Shown here: piece after piece, positions 51,613-63,518 of the stretch
Layout of the letters: each line of letters begins with the position of its first letter
Position numbering within the stretch: the first letter of the stretch is position 1
DNA from: Balanoglossus misakiensis
Lineage: Eukaryota > Animalia > Hemichordata
Direction of reading: 5' to 3'
Length of the DNA: 64,000 bases
NCBI GenBank assembly: GCA_040954595.2
Contig: CM082593.2
Span: 7,042,043-7,106,042 of the forward strand
Translations under genes and position numbers: made by a program
Notes under the pieces: generated by a model
Told to the model about the DNA's origin: nothing
The model's database searches: none
The model's input: only the letters and a program-made list of their open reading frames with translations

Positions 51613-54600
51613 ATGGTGCTCTATTTGTACCAACGGAAGATAAGATCAAGACGAATAAAAAGTTGGATAACAGGCGACTAAGAGGCGATCATTCTGACGG
51701 TGTCTGTGTTAACGAGTCTCCGGGTGTTTCCAGACCTGTGCCGGGGAAACCAGACACAACAAGCTCAATGGCCATGTCCCCTATTCTCCAACGCGAGTGA
51801 GTAAAACCTAAAATTGTTTCTGGACCAAGACGGTTCAAGATGCCGTTTGAGTTTTTTCTCAAGTACATATTCATAAAACTTAGCTGCATAATGCAGCTGT
51901 GAATAAAACATAATTGGTTGCATTACGGTGATTAAATCATGTCCGGGAATTAACGCTATTCCCCCTCGTGCGAGCGGATGTACTAATCAGGATAATAGAT
52001 GAAATTGTATAATTTACTCCACTCTGGTTATTTGGACACCAAAACAGAAGTGGACAATGGGAAGCTTTTATATTATATGTAATATAACAACCGGAAGGCA
52101 AAGATGTAATTTTCAGCAATATTAAGCAATATTACATATACATTTATCGAGCTGGGATAACGGTCCGCCGCAGTGCCTCGACGCTAGGTGATTGAATTAA
52201 TCTAAGAAGACGTGTTTGTAATCTCGACTATCGTTCTGTAATCACGTAGGAACGGACAAGGAGTTTGCACAAACTCATTACAGCAGTAACCTCTTAAAAC
52301 GCCACACGTTTTATCTGATACTTCGCTCGAGACAACGTTATAAACCACGCTGTCGAATAGTGGGGCATTTAATAAATCATTCTGTGCCAAAAACAAGGCA
52401 AAATGGGTCACATAAAAACGTTCGAACATGAATGCAATTTCTCACTGACTGTCATACGTGCTTTTCCTCCACATCTATCTGTTAGGAACTACTGTTTCGT
52501 ATTTTCGTCAAACTTAGCTAGGGGAAATTACTTTCTGTTCTGAGAATACCACAAGTCAAATTACTAGACGACTTGCTACAAAAATAGGATCTTTCATTGA
52601 ATTGCCCCAAAAGTTACACATTTGAATTTAGATTGCAAAGAATTAGCCATGTGGGTATCGCGTTCTGTCTAGTATTTCTTGTCATCACGGTACATGAATT
52701 TTTAACAGTGACTGTTGTCTTTCCGGAGGCGCCTGCTAAAGCTGGCTGCTGTTTTCTAACCCTCGGTGTCAAAGACGAGTTGGTTTACAGCAATCTGCAA
52801 AAATCATACATATAAATGCGCCCATCGCTCCCCGGAGAAACGAGACACTCAGGCCGGCACGGCTTGTTGACAGTGTGAAAATGTCTCTAGTATTCGATGG
52901 TTCAGATGTTGACAGCTTGTGGGCGCGGGGGCGCGCGCGGAGAGCTTTGACGCGCCCGCGTGTCAGTGGCAAGTCAAAGGGATTTGCGTCGCGATACGTG
53001 ACCCCTCCGTTCGAGCCGTGTTTGGCACATGACGCTTTGACATCTGGGCAGTTCGGGGGAGCTAGCATCTAAAAGCACTTAGCAAGGAAAATTCACCGAT
53101 GTGGTAATTCTGTTGGCTTTGAAAGAAAGAAAGGTTAAAAAAGGCCGAGGGTTTAATCCGTTCAATACGGCATCAGTCACATGACCAATTTAGAGCTTAC
53201 AATGGTATTCCCTTGGTCGAAGTTAAAATGTTTTACTTTTACTTGTTACCCATGCATTACGGTGGAATTGCTCAGCAATTTGAGCAGTTGAGAATTTCGT
53301 TCAAGAAGTAGTACTCTAGGATTATGGATGATTGCAATCATTGCATCACATGTGAAGCGATGTACACATTCCAATAATCGAATTATGTTTTTTGTCTGCG
53401 TTCACAAACAATTATAAATCAGTCACGTGATATACGTTCGTTTTATACAAGAATGTGTTTACGCCATTCTGGTCGATAAACTTCCTGTTTGAAGGCATAA
53501 AGCGATGACGTAATTTACTGCTCTCTTAAAACCTCACAGTAGGCATAAAACGATGACGTCTGGTGTAAAAGTTATGACGTAGCAATATTTCTTCGCTTTC
53601 AGGCGGAAAACATCAATAAATTTGTCGAGAGCAGTCAAAGAAATGGACAAGGCGACTTTATAGATATCTTATCTTAAAAGTCAACATCTTAACCTTTAGG
53701 GCATATTTTGTGAATTTTATGGAATCAACGGAAACAAATGGTGGGCGACTGCGAGTATCGTGGATTTAGAAATCTGAATTATCTCAAAGTTGCCAACAGA
53801 TTGGCTGTCAAATTATTTGTGACAGTTTTGAGGTTCGATCGTCTTGTCAGAATAGAAACGAAGTCGATATGGTCAACGTCCATGTTTTTAGTTTAAAAAT
53901 AACACAATTTTTTCGTAAATGGTGAAAACAATTTTCTTTTAAAAGCTCACAAGGTACGTTTGTCAACTCTAAGAATGCGTCTAACTCTAAGACATTAAGA
54001 ATAAAGTTGAAACCGACAAAAATGTCTTGCAAATCCACAAAAAGGTCTTGCCAATCCATTAGCCACGCCTGACCTTGAAATGCCCCAGGGAGTTAGGTTT
54101 ATACGAATCTCGGAGTACAATTACTCGCCAGACTTCAGTCATTTGGCGGTACAGCCTTCACTAAAAATATTCCTCACGTGACGAAAATGAAAACGGTGGG
54201 ATACGTGATTTTGTGAGGGAAGGGATTAGTATGACTGTATAATATATTGAGTTTAAGTGTCCCGTGTCAAGGGCTGTTTACGATGACATATTATAGCGCT
54301 GAAATGATCAATAACTCTTACGCTGGGGGTAAATAAACACGGCACTTTCTACAGTGTAATTTCGCTAGATGTATTTAATACCTCATTGACCGTGACTCGT
54401 CTACGTCATAGGACGTAAAACACACCGCGAACTTGAAAGGTTTGCGCGTTTGAAGTGAAATCGTTTCAGCCATTTCAGGTATTTTTTTCTTCCGCATTTT
54501 TTCCTTAGATGGCACATCGGTGTTCGGAGCTCATGCAGCAAATGTGTCGACTAATGACACTCGTAGTACGAAACTAAATGTCTCGTCAAACGCAATTTTT

Positions 54601-55173
54601 GAACTTGATAAGACTCACATCTAATCAGGTCTTATAATCAGTATCATTCAAGGTAAGTTAATGACCAGGTCCAAAAGGCTGTGCCTATGAAGTATATTTT
54701 CGTCCGTATATTTTTCTTAAGAAGTCGCCACCAATGTTTCGAACTCAGCAAATGTGTTGGATAATAACACCTGTAATACGAAACTATCCGGTAAATATCT
54801 CGCTTAGCGTCTTCCAAATGATTAATAAAAGTGACTGGATACTATTCGTCTTCTGTCGCAAAGATAATTACCCCTTTTTACGGTCGATTAACGATTTATA
54901 GTGTAGTTCAGAGCATTTCCTCCATTTGAAGGGTATATCGAACCCTGGCGTGCTGACTTTTTGTAAGAGCGACAGAGGGAAAAAATGACACTTTCGAGAA
55001 ATTTATGACTTCCTTCATGAATTATTTCCGGAAAGTATCAGGTAAAGCGCAGGGCATACCCTGTTCTTGTGTGACGCATCCACGCGATTGCAAGCTCTGG
55101 ATTTGCCTTTTTTTATACCGGCGCTGAATGAGTGAGTTTATTACCCCTCGATTATTCGTCGAGGACACGCGAA

Positions 55174-55275
55174 AGCCAATCAGGGCGCATTTGAAGAGAG
55201 CAGCCGTAACCGTTTTAAAGAGCGGATAACCGTTTAGAAATAACATGTATAGTCCATGCTATTTGCCAGGTAAGT
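55174..55275 (+). promoter_or_regulatory. Candidate alternative promoter / short first exon
   Basis: NF-Y-type CCAAT box (AGCCAATCAG, ~55174) about 90 nt upstream of a perfect CAG|GTAAGT donor (55270), with no good acceptor between them. Sequence-only inference. Confidence 0.25.
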
Positions 55276-58200
55276 CGATGAAACTCACAGACCCCTTGGG
55301 CTGTTCATAAAAATCAATAAATCTGAATGCAAAGCCGATATTTTTTTCCGTTGTCAGTAATTTATAACCCAATCAAGCCAGTGACTGCGGTCCACTAAAC
55401 CTGGGCTGTGTAAACACCGGCCAGTAAAATTGGGCTTCTCGCTGCTGGACGGAGAGATGACAATGAATGAAATTAGTCAACAAGTTTTACCCCCGTTGAC
55501 TGACATCGCGATGAAATTGAAATCGATTACTCATATTTCCAATCAGGGGGTCAGCGCAATAAAAAAAGTCACGCAATATCAGAAATCTGTCTATAATTAA
55601 CAACTGGGCACATTAAATTATTTTACACTGTAATTGAAATTAAGCGCAATAAAATATGGTCGCCGTTGCGCAGACTGTACACGTCGGACCACAATTCCGC
55701 AAGACAATGAGGGAATAATGAGGGCGGCTTAATGGTGTTGGAAGGTGGATGTCTGACAGACGTGACCCCTGTTGACCTCATTTGGTTCTCATTGATACGG
55801 GCGACTAGCCGTTGACGCTCAGTGCAAATTGTGTGTACGTGCTTAAAATCACAAAACTCGCGCAGTGCAGTTTTCAGCGAGGTATTTTCGTCCTCCGTAG
55901 GCAGTCTTCTGCCGTCACGGGAGAAAAGGTTCCCGCGCATTTTTGTTCTATGGCCGAAAGGAAAGAAGGAGAGCGCCATCGTCTGCCGTCAACAACACAT
56001 TTAGGCGCTGATCTTTGCACCTTTGGAAATGTCAGAGAACAGTACCTGTGACAGAGTGAATGTTGACAAGAAACCAGACAGAAGGGTCGTCTGCAACACA
56101 TTTCTTAAATAACAAAACTTCTGTTCACAAGTTTTTTTGTTGTTGTTGAGTTATGGAAAATTGTTTTTTGTCACGTAAGCGGAAGAGTTCGTTCATAGCG
56201 AGTGCGTAGGCCTGAGCTACACAGACCGACACTTGCCTGAGCCGTCGCACAGGAAGTGGCGGCCATTTTGAAGCGACACCCTGTCCAAAATTGCGCGGTG
56301 ACCTTTGACACCGATTGTTGATGACGAGCTGAAGGCATCTTCTGCCAAATATTTGAGTAGATGTTCAAAAAGGGACAGTAGCGGTAACTTTTGATGATTA
56401 TTTCACTGATTTTGGTTTCTGTAAACAACTACAATACGCCCGAATAGACGGGGAACACGGCGTACACACAAAACGACAAAACCTTCGACAGAAACCCCGC
56501 CTTTGCGTACAATTTCCCCGAGACCTTTGTCGTCATGGCCCTTAAAAGTTAATTACTTGAGACTCTGTTTACCCAAATCGATTCTTGTGCAAGACGATAC
56601 CATTGTTTTTCACTATTGACCGATCACCCATGCGTTGGTGAAGAGGGTAAAAATCGATTCGACGCATTCACGCCAATTTTAATGCGCCAGCAGATCATTG
56701 ATTTAGGGTTGGGGTTTTTGAGCAAACAGTAGTTTGTCTCCATTCAGGTTTGCAACGAGTGACAGTTGTGGCCTTCTTGAGAGAACGGCAGAAGTTTCAT
56801 GAGGTAAGGCAATTGAGGAGCTTCGGGGTAGTACTGTTTATGTTCAGTTGGTCACACAGTCAACAGATAGGTAGCGGCGTAAACATAATGGCGATCTTGT
56901 TAAAAACTTCATAGCGACATATTTATTTATGGATTTCCAAACTCACCTGCCGAAGTGAATTTTAATACGAGGGCATGTACATGTATAATAGGCTATGGAC
57001 TTCAAAGTTTATAAAAGATTAAGGTAAACGAACTTTCACTTTTCCGTATTTTTGAATAATTTTTCTCACAGCCATTTGTTGATGGGAATCCCATTAGTTC
57101 TCGCGTTGCCCTACAATTCTTACGTCACGAAAAACGTCACGGTAACAAGTGGTGAACGACAAATAGTGATGAATCTCGTGAACTCGGACGGTTGTTCATG
57201 TCTGTAGTTACATGAAAGTCACGGCTGGAGTCGGATTCTTGGTCATTTTCGGATTTCGCAAGTGGCAGGGCCGCTACGACGTGCTGACGAGAGCGGTCAC
57301 GGATGATATTACAATAAAAGGGTGGCTATGATGAGGTGACCCGATTTTTGAATTAGTGTCGACCGTCGCACTGACTCAAACGGTATAAAAAATGTGGCAA
57401 TCACTGATCGATTTTTTTTGCCATTTTAGCGCAGGTGTGTGAATCCCCAGATATCAAAACCGGGGAACGACAGCCAAAAGGCGAAGAGCAAAACAAAAAT
57501 GCCACAGTTGACGTCATTTGGAGCGCTGTCGTGTCAGGCTCACTCTAAAAATCACGGATGATTGCTCGGTTGGTTGACACGGACCACAGATTCAGATCTG
57601 AGCGAGAGGCGGATTAATGCTGTTTGTTCACAGTACAGTTAATGTATGAAATATGAACCATATTGCAATTCTGAGTCATAATTCTTCGAAATGTGAGTTT
57701 TATTGCACGCCTCCTGTCGTGCTGGTGAGGATGCGTGGTTACACAGTTCACTTAGCTTATGCCATATGTGCTATGCTTTGTTCGGGTAGCTTTGCGGTTT
57801 CTCATGACGTGCATAGGACAGCTGCTGGCGGGAAAATGTAATTATTTTATATACATTTAATTATTTGAACGATTTCGCTCAGAACAGATTTTTATTGACA
57901 TTTATCTACGAATTCTATTTATTCACACAAAAAGTGTGAGAATTGACTTTAATGTCAAGATGTGAAATAGAGAAGGGGAGTGTTACAGTGCCACAGTTTG
58001 AACGTGCCTGCTGATTTCTAAATTCATGGCGACTTTGTTTCTTTAAAAACATCAAACAGAGTTTGCGCTGCCGAGTGGACCAGCGTGATGCATTAAGTGG
58101 GAGGCCGGTAAATATGTTCGCTTTTGTATTCGAGAAATAACTTTCAACTCAATTTTACAGATAGACACGCCAACTCATAATTAGTCTTCTTTCGCGGGAC

Positions 58201-59769
58201 GCCTCGCATCCAGATGCAAAATAGGAAAAGGGATTCAAAGATAACCGCAATATCTTCAATTGCCGCTCCCGTCGTGTCCCGTCGTGTGCGACTGCAAAGT
58301 CTTTCCTTTGATCACATCACACCTGCGTTGAAGTACGTACAGTCACATCAAAATCATTTTGTGGTAGTTCGAGAAATAAAGATGGCGCGGGTAAACTTCG
58401 CTCAATTTTCGACCATGGACCCATTACCTCCGCGCGGTCGGTAATGAAATGTGACCGTCGGTTTCACAGTCACTCGCGGTTACCTTGGCAACGGGACGAT
58501 TACTCCGGCATATTTTATTCCCCCCAGAGTCAACGAAGGATATTTACATAGACAATAATGCCACATTCTGTCTACATTTACTTACACATAGCAGAGGACC
58601 CGAAGTAGTTGTCAAAATCCAGACGGTTTGAAAGGACTATATTTGTCCGAGTTCTGAGGGAAGATTAAAATGTTGCGCACGCATCATTCGTTTGCGGACG
58701 GACTCTCTCCCAATAGTCGTTTATGCCAACATCGTAAAACACAGCTTATTTGATCTCTTTAGTGCAAATATACGTACTAGTGGGAACTGGTTTTCTTTAA
58801 ATCTTAGCCTCCTCGTGAACGTGTTCTGATCGGAACGAGGTATTTTTGAAGATCTAGGGCATACTGTTTCGCCAATATTTCACTAGTGATACCTCGCATG
58901 ATGGTTTTATTATTGACTATAATTGCACCATTTATTACTGAGCGCCATGTTTATATCATTCGATGAGATTTTCTTTTCGGTTTCTTATTACGAATTTAAA
59001 TGATGACGTCAGTTATAATATTCTATCCAGGATTTCATCCCACAGGAATGAAATCTAGTTTCTCTTTGCGTGTTTTAAGGAACGTTTATCTTTTTCTGTA
59101 GTTTTGTTTTGCGTATCAAAACCTTGCTTTACTCCCAATAGCTTACTGAAATGTAACGACCACTGTTATTATTAACAACTGAATTCATTTCCCGACCGGA
59201 CTTGAATTCAATTTCAAGCAATAACAATACTGACTGGACGCACGTAGGCTGTGTTGATGAGCTAAATACTTAGTCATTCATCGTGCTTCGGGGATTCGAA
59301 CTGGAAACTACTCGGAAAGAAAGCACACTTTTAAAGAAAGTCTGCTAAGATGAAACTGAGGTACAACTTTGTCCAGTAAATTGCAGAGGACATGATATTG
59401 ACAACACGAGAGACAAATTTCCCGTGCGTATCATACCAATCTCTCTGTGTGTGTCTGTGTTGCCACGTCCTCATACTTCTTGTCAAAAAGTAAGGTAACT
59501 CAGAGTTACTTTACTACCGAAGAGGTGTACACTGACTCCCTGTACTACTAGTAGTGTACCTGATATATTACTGATGGGTAAAATTTGAGTATGCAAATAA
59601 TATCTAAGGATGTACCTCGGGGGACCCCCCAACTTAAATATGGCCGCCGATGCGCACTTCGCAGAGATTGGTTTTGGGCGTCTTCCTGATATATATAGTT
59701 CGTATATTTGTTGGAGTGCCTGATGCTATCAGAGAATCTGAAGGTTTGCACTGTTTTCATTTATTCCAG

Positions 59770-59867
59770 AAGATTATTGAACCATAATTCAAGCGATGGT
59801 GTGGGGCTGAGACAAAACTGAGGACCGAGAACTTCTCATTCCGCGCTGCCAATATTCCGTAAAAATA
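59770..59867 (+). other. 5' UTR part of the ATG-bearing K2P exon (preceded by a splice acceptor); contains short uORF MVWG* at 59796-59810
   Basis: Acceptor-like ctgttttcatttattccag| ends at 59769. In-frame TGA stops lie between it and the ATG at 59868, so the sequence is non-coding and upstream exons are implied. Confidence 0.6.
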
Positions 59868-60327
59868 ATGGCGTCAGAGTCGAGGCGTCTATCCAGCCGT
59901 CTTGCCGACGACGACGACGACGACGATTCCGAGTTCGGCGACAGCGAGGAGGAGGACCAGCACGACTTCAAGTGCCACCCCAAGCACTGGATCCACTTCG
60001 TGTCGTCGCACGGCGGACTGATCTCGCTGCTGATCATCTACTGCCTCATCGGCGCCTGGGTGTTCATGGCCGTCGAGGCCCCGCGCGAACTCTCCATCCG
60101 GCTGCAGCTGGTGAAGGACAGGAAGCGGCTGCTGGAGTTTCTGTGGAACTCCAGCTACGAGCGGGCCAGCCCCGAGAACTGGACCCTGGTCGCCAGCGTG
60201 GCACTGGCCAAGTGGGAGAAGAAAGTACAGGACGCCTACAGCGTGGGATTGGACCCGTCCACAGAGCATGTCACGTGGGATATGAGCGGCGCCCTGTTCT
60301 TCGTCACCACTGTCATCACTACAATAG
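59868..60327 (+). CDS. Two-pore-domain potassium channel (K2P/KCNK, invertebrate TWK/TRESK-like), first coding exon: N-terminus, TM1, extracellular cap, pore helix 1
   Basis: ATG in a good context (aaaataATGG) with an upstream in-frame stop. The translation gives TM1 SHGGLISLLIIYCLIGAWVFMAVE, a cap region, then WDMSGALFFVTTVITTIG, the canonical K2P P1 signature (W-x-F/M-x-x-A-L-F-F-x-x-T-V-I-T-T-I-G-Y-G). Strong GC3 bias. The exon ends at the first G of the filter glycine, followed by a GT donor (ATAG|GTGTGT, 60328). Confidence 0.95.
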
Positions 60328-60500
60328 GTGTGTACAAAACATCTTTTTGATTCTTACAGCAAAAACTTTTGATAACGTTTGATTACTTGTTGTTTTTCGT
60401 ACTTGAATAACTAGAATCATTCACTTGGACAAAAGATAACGTAAATAGATCACTCTGGTATATGTGTTCTTCGTCCCCTGTCACATGCAAATGTCCTCCC

Positions 60501-60563
60501 ATATAAACTGCCTAGTCACGCGAGATCTCGCAATATCTCGTGGAGTTCGGAAAACGGTCTATT
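60501..60563. mobile_element. Intronic fragment of the AATAGAC/TCTCGCGAGA MITE family
   Basis: atataaactgcctag...cgcgagatctcgcaat...gtggagttcggaaaacggtctatt shares blocks with both 16921-16959 and 42863-42909. Confidence 0.5.
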
Positions 60564-63207
60564 GGGGGTAGAATCTGAGCAGAGCGTGTGTGCCTGCATG
60601 CAATAGAAGTTTTAAACCCCTGATCCGAAGAAATGTCACTTTTTTTCGAGGGATTTCCCAAAACAACTAAGTTTATGCTCATGCTCGTTCACAAATCTGT
60701 CATCTGGCATCGCAGCTTATGACACAATATACCGAAATAAACGGAAAAGCAATTACCATAGACTCCGCGCGGTAAGAGCTTAAAATGCTTTAACGATTTC
60801 TTTCCCCGTAATGTGTTTCGTGTCAAATGTCCCCATTCAACACCGGTACAGCACAGTCCGCGCAGAATCTTGCATAAAGATTAATATCCTAAATCGAATA
60901 CATTGTTGTCGCTTTTTATCTGCTCCAGTACGCCGTGTATGAAAATTGAAAGTGAGAGGTTTTTTTGTAGCCATGATTTTTTTTCTTAATAGGTGTTCAG
61001 AAAGACTAAGACATGAACGGAATTCGATATTGCGAGCAAAACAGAAACCGGAGATCCAGCTATCTCCCATCCCTGTGCTATAATCGCCGTATTTGATTTC
61101 AGCCGCATCTTAGATTTCCATGACATTTCGTGTAATCTTGAAATATCGATGGCTATTCCGCGGGGGATTTCCCGCCAAAACATTTCCCATGATCCCACGC
61201 ACTGTTAACAGAGAAGTCGAAAGTTTCCACCCTTCTGGGGATATTTTCAGTTTTGACTCAAAGTTGCCTGGTATATTCTGTTTTCTGCCTTTGTTATTGA
61301 CGGGTGGTGCTTTATACTGTTTTATCTACAACGAAAATTCTAACATCAAAGCGATGTGTGTAATGTTAACGTCTCAGCATGGTTTCCAGGAAGGACTAAA
61401 ACTCTGACTTTAGACCAACCGGACAGAATTCTCACAATTTTGGTCTCCGTGACGAGGATTCCTAACACATTTGCCATGAGTAGTCTCAGCAAACGGTGGT
61501 AACGTTCTATTTTGTTTCCAACAACACTCGCATCGCGCGACAGACCGGACAATACAGACAGACACAGTTGGCGTGGGAAACGACGCGGAAATATCATATC
61601 CGGCGATATGGTTTGGCTACTTTGCATGGCGTGGCTCTAATATCCTCTCAGACTGTCGATGTGAGAACTCTAATCAACCACGTTTATGAACCCGCAGCTA
61701 TAGGTGAAGGTCATGATGACCTAGAGCGGGTCTGCATTATGGATTCCAATGGGGTTTCAGTCTACTCTAGTATCCTGTCCAACAAGTAAGAACCAACTGA
61801 ATCCTAACTTTGCACCTCGAGACTATTAAGGTGTAAGGTCGAAGAGAAAACACATTATGAAATATGTCTAATAAACTAGAATTGAAAAAGGGACAAGACG
61901 CGGAAAAATGAAAATAAATAACTTCCTTATCAGATGTAATTTAAAAATTTGCTTGAATACAAGTGGTCCGTGTGATGTTTACAGATCACTGACAATGTTA
62001 GCTTCCAGATGGTTCTGGCCTCTACGATTGTGTTGTTACAAAATTTCTGATTATGATTATGTTTGCGTAAATATCGCTGAACCCCCATCCTCCCACCTCA
62101 ATAAGATCGTAGGTTTTGTTGAACTTTTAGAATGAAGGGAAATTGTCAAATTGCCAGGTAGATAATCCAGAACCTTTGAATTCTTATTATATGCCGGAAA
62201 TGTCGGGGTTCAACATTATTAAGCAAGAATAAAAATAAAGTTAATTCGCGACGTATACGAACACACGCTGGAAAATGCTATAAGTCACAGCCGCTGGTAT
62301 TTCAAAATGAGCTCAAATTGGTTTTCGATCGTCTTCTCCTCAACTTATGCGGCGTACTTTTGAAAAACGCGTGTCTTCCAGTGACGTCTAAGGCAGAACA
62401 GTCCACCCACGGGAACAAATATCGAGGCCCTTGCACGACAACAAGCCGACGAGTAAGTTACTTCGGTATGTTTGATGCCACGTGGTTAGTAAAGGGAAAA
62501 CCTTGAGGATCCGCCCTGTGGGAGATTATTATTAAATTGACTTGGGTAGTTCTCTGCGCAACAAGGACTGTTATCTGCTGTTGGCGATATGCTCTGTAAT
62601 TACTGGATATGATAAGGTTCACGCTGAAAAAAATGCGATTTCCAAAAGTTCTTGGGATTCGTAATGGTAGGGGTTTTTCGTCTTTGGAAGGTTAATACAC
62701 GCGCAGTTAACCGTAGGAAAATAACCAAATCTTTTTCGATTATTATCGTGCATTAACTGTTGTTATACTGAACGGTCTTAGTCTCTCGAATTTGAAGACT
62801 TGTTGACTGTTTTAGAGCGCAGTGTCTATTAAAACCCTATGGGCTGCAAGTTTTTGCGTTTTGGGGGACTTATTTCCAAACTTAATTAAGGTCAATATAG
62901 ATTTACCTACAGAGGGATGAGTATGCAAGGACTGTAAACCTGACTAGGACTGCACGTGTCAGTTTGAACGAGAAAATATACTGTTGGTGCACATGCGCGA
63001 AGGATAAAATTAAATATGTCCGTCTGGCGGCCATTTTCTTACGATTCTTATGTCCAGCGCTATTTCTCAAATCATACCCCAGGTTTATTGTAATTCTTGC
63101 TAGAAGCTTTGCTTTGAACCCTTTTGCAGACATTCCAGATTTTTTTTTTCAATTCCTTTCTGAATTCCTTCAATCTTTTCTTGATTTCTTAACCACATGA
63201 CAACTGT

Positions 63208-63250
<43 letters not shown>

Positions 63251-63326
63251 CCACCACCACCACCAGTACCACCACCACCACCACCACCACGAACTACAAC
63301 AACAGCAACAACAACAACAACAACCA
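63208..63326. repeat. Compound trinucleotide microsatellite (ATC)n-(ACC)n-(AAC)n in the K2P intron, ~90 nt upstream of the exon-2 acceptor
   Basis: Directly visible. Confidence 0.96.
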
Positions 63327-63416
63327 CTATTTTGCTCGTTCTTTGCCCTTCACATTTGAAAGACACACGAAAATCCCTTGGCTATAATAAATAACGGCTT
63401 ATTTTTTTGTCTCCAG

Positions 63417-63518
63417 GTTATGGCAGCATCGCGCCAATCTCTAATGGAGGACGTGCTTTCTGCATCTTCTTCGCAATGATCGGTATTCCATTGAATTTAT
63501 TAGTTCTCACTGACTTAG
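63417..63518 (+). CDS. K2P potassium channel, second coding exon: GYG filter and TM2
   Basis: Polypyrimidine acceptor atttttttgtctccag| (AG at 63415-63416). The phase-1 join restores G-Y-G and reads (G)YGSIAPISNGGRAFCIFFAMIGIPLNLLVLTDL(G), matching the K2P consensus GYGxxxPxTxxGRxFCIxYAxxGIPLxLxxLxxxG. Donor TTAG|GTAAGC at 63519, with an alternative donor at 63528. Absent from the ORF track because it is an internal exon. Confidence 0.93.

Larger units (their letters stand above)
60328..63416 (+). other. Phase-1 GT-AG intron (3.09 kb) splitting the P1 selectivity-filter glycine codon
   Basis: GT at 60328 and AG at 63415-63416. Splicing restores TTIGYG in frame. An intron at this point in pore domain 1 is a known conserved feature of K2P genes. 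Confidence 0.9.

Noticed and set aside
59280-59315. B-box-like GTTCGAATCC on the minus strand, suggesting a tRNA gene
   Set aside because: No A-box or cloverleaf could be built. At most a SINE remnant.
60328-60350. C-terminal VYKTSF* of the 160-aa ORF, suggesting a truncated channel with a TTIGVY filter
   Set aside because: This is read-through into the intron. Splicing at 60327/63417 restores TTIGYG.
59789-60382. Overlapping ORFs 59789-60037(-), 59889-60269(-) and 59972-60382(+)
   Set aside because: Shadow frames caused by the high GC3 of the real K2P exon. They carry no independent motifs.
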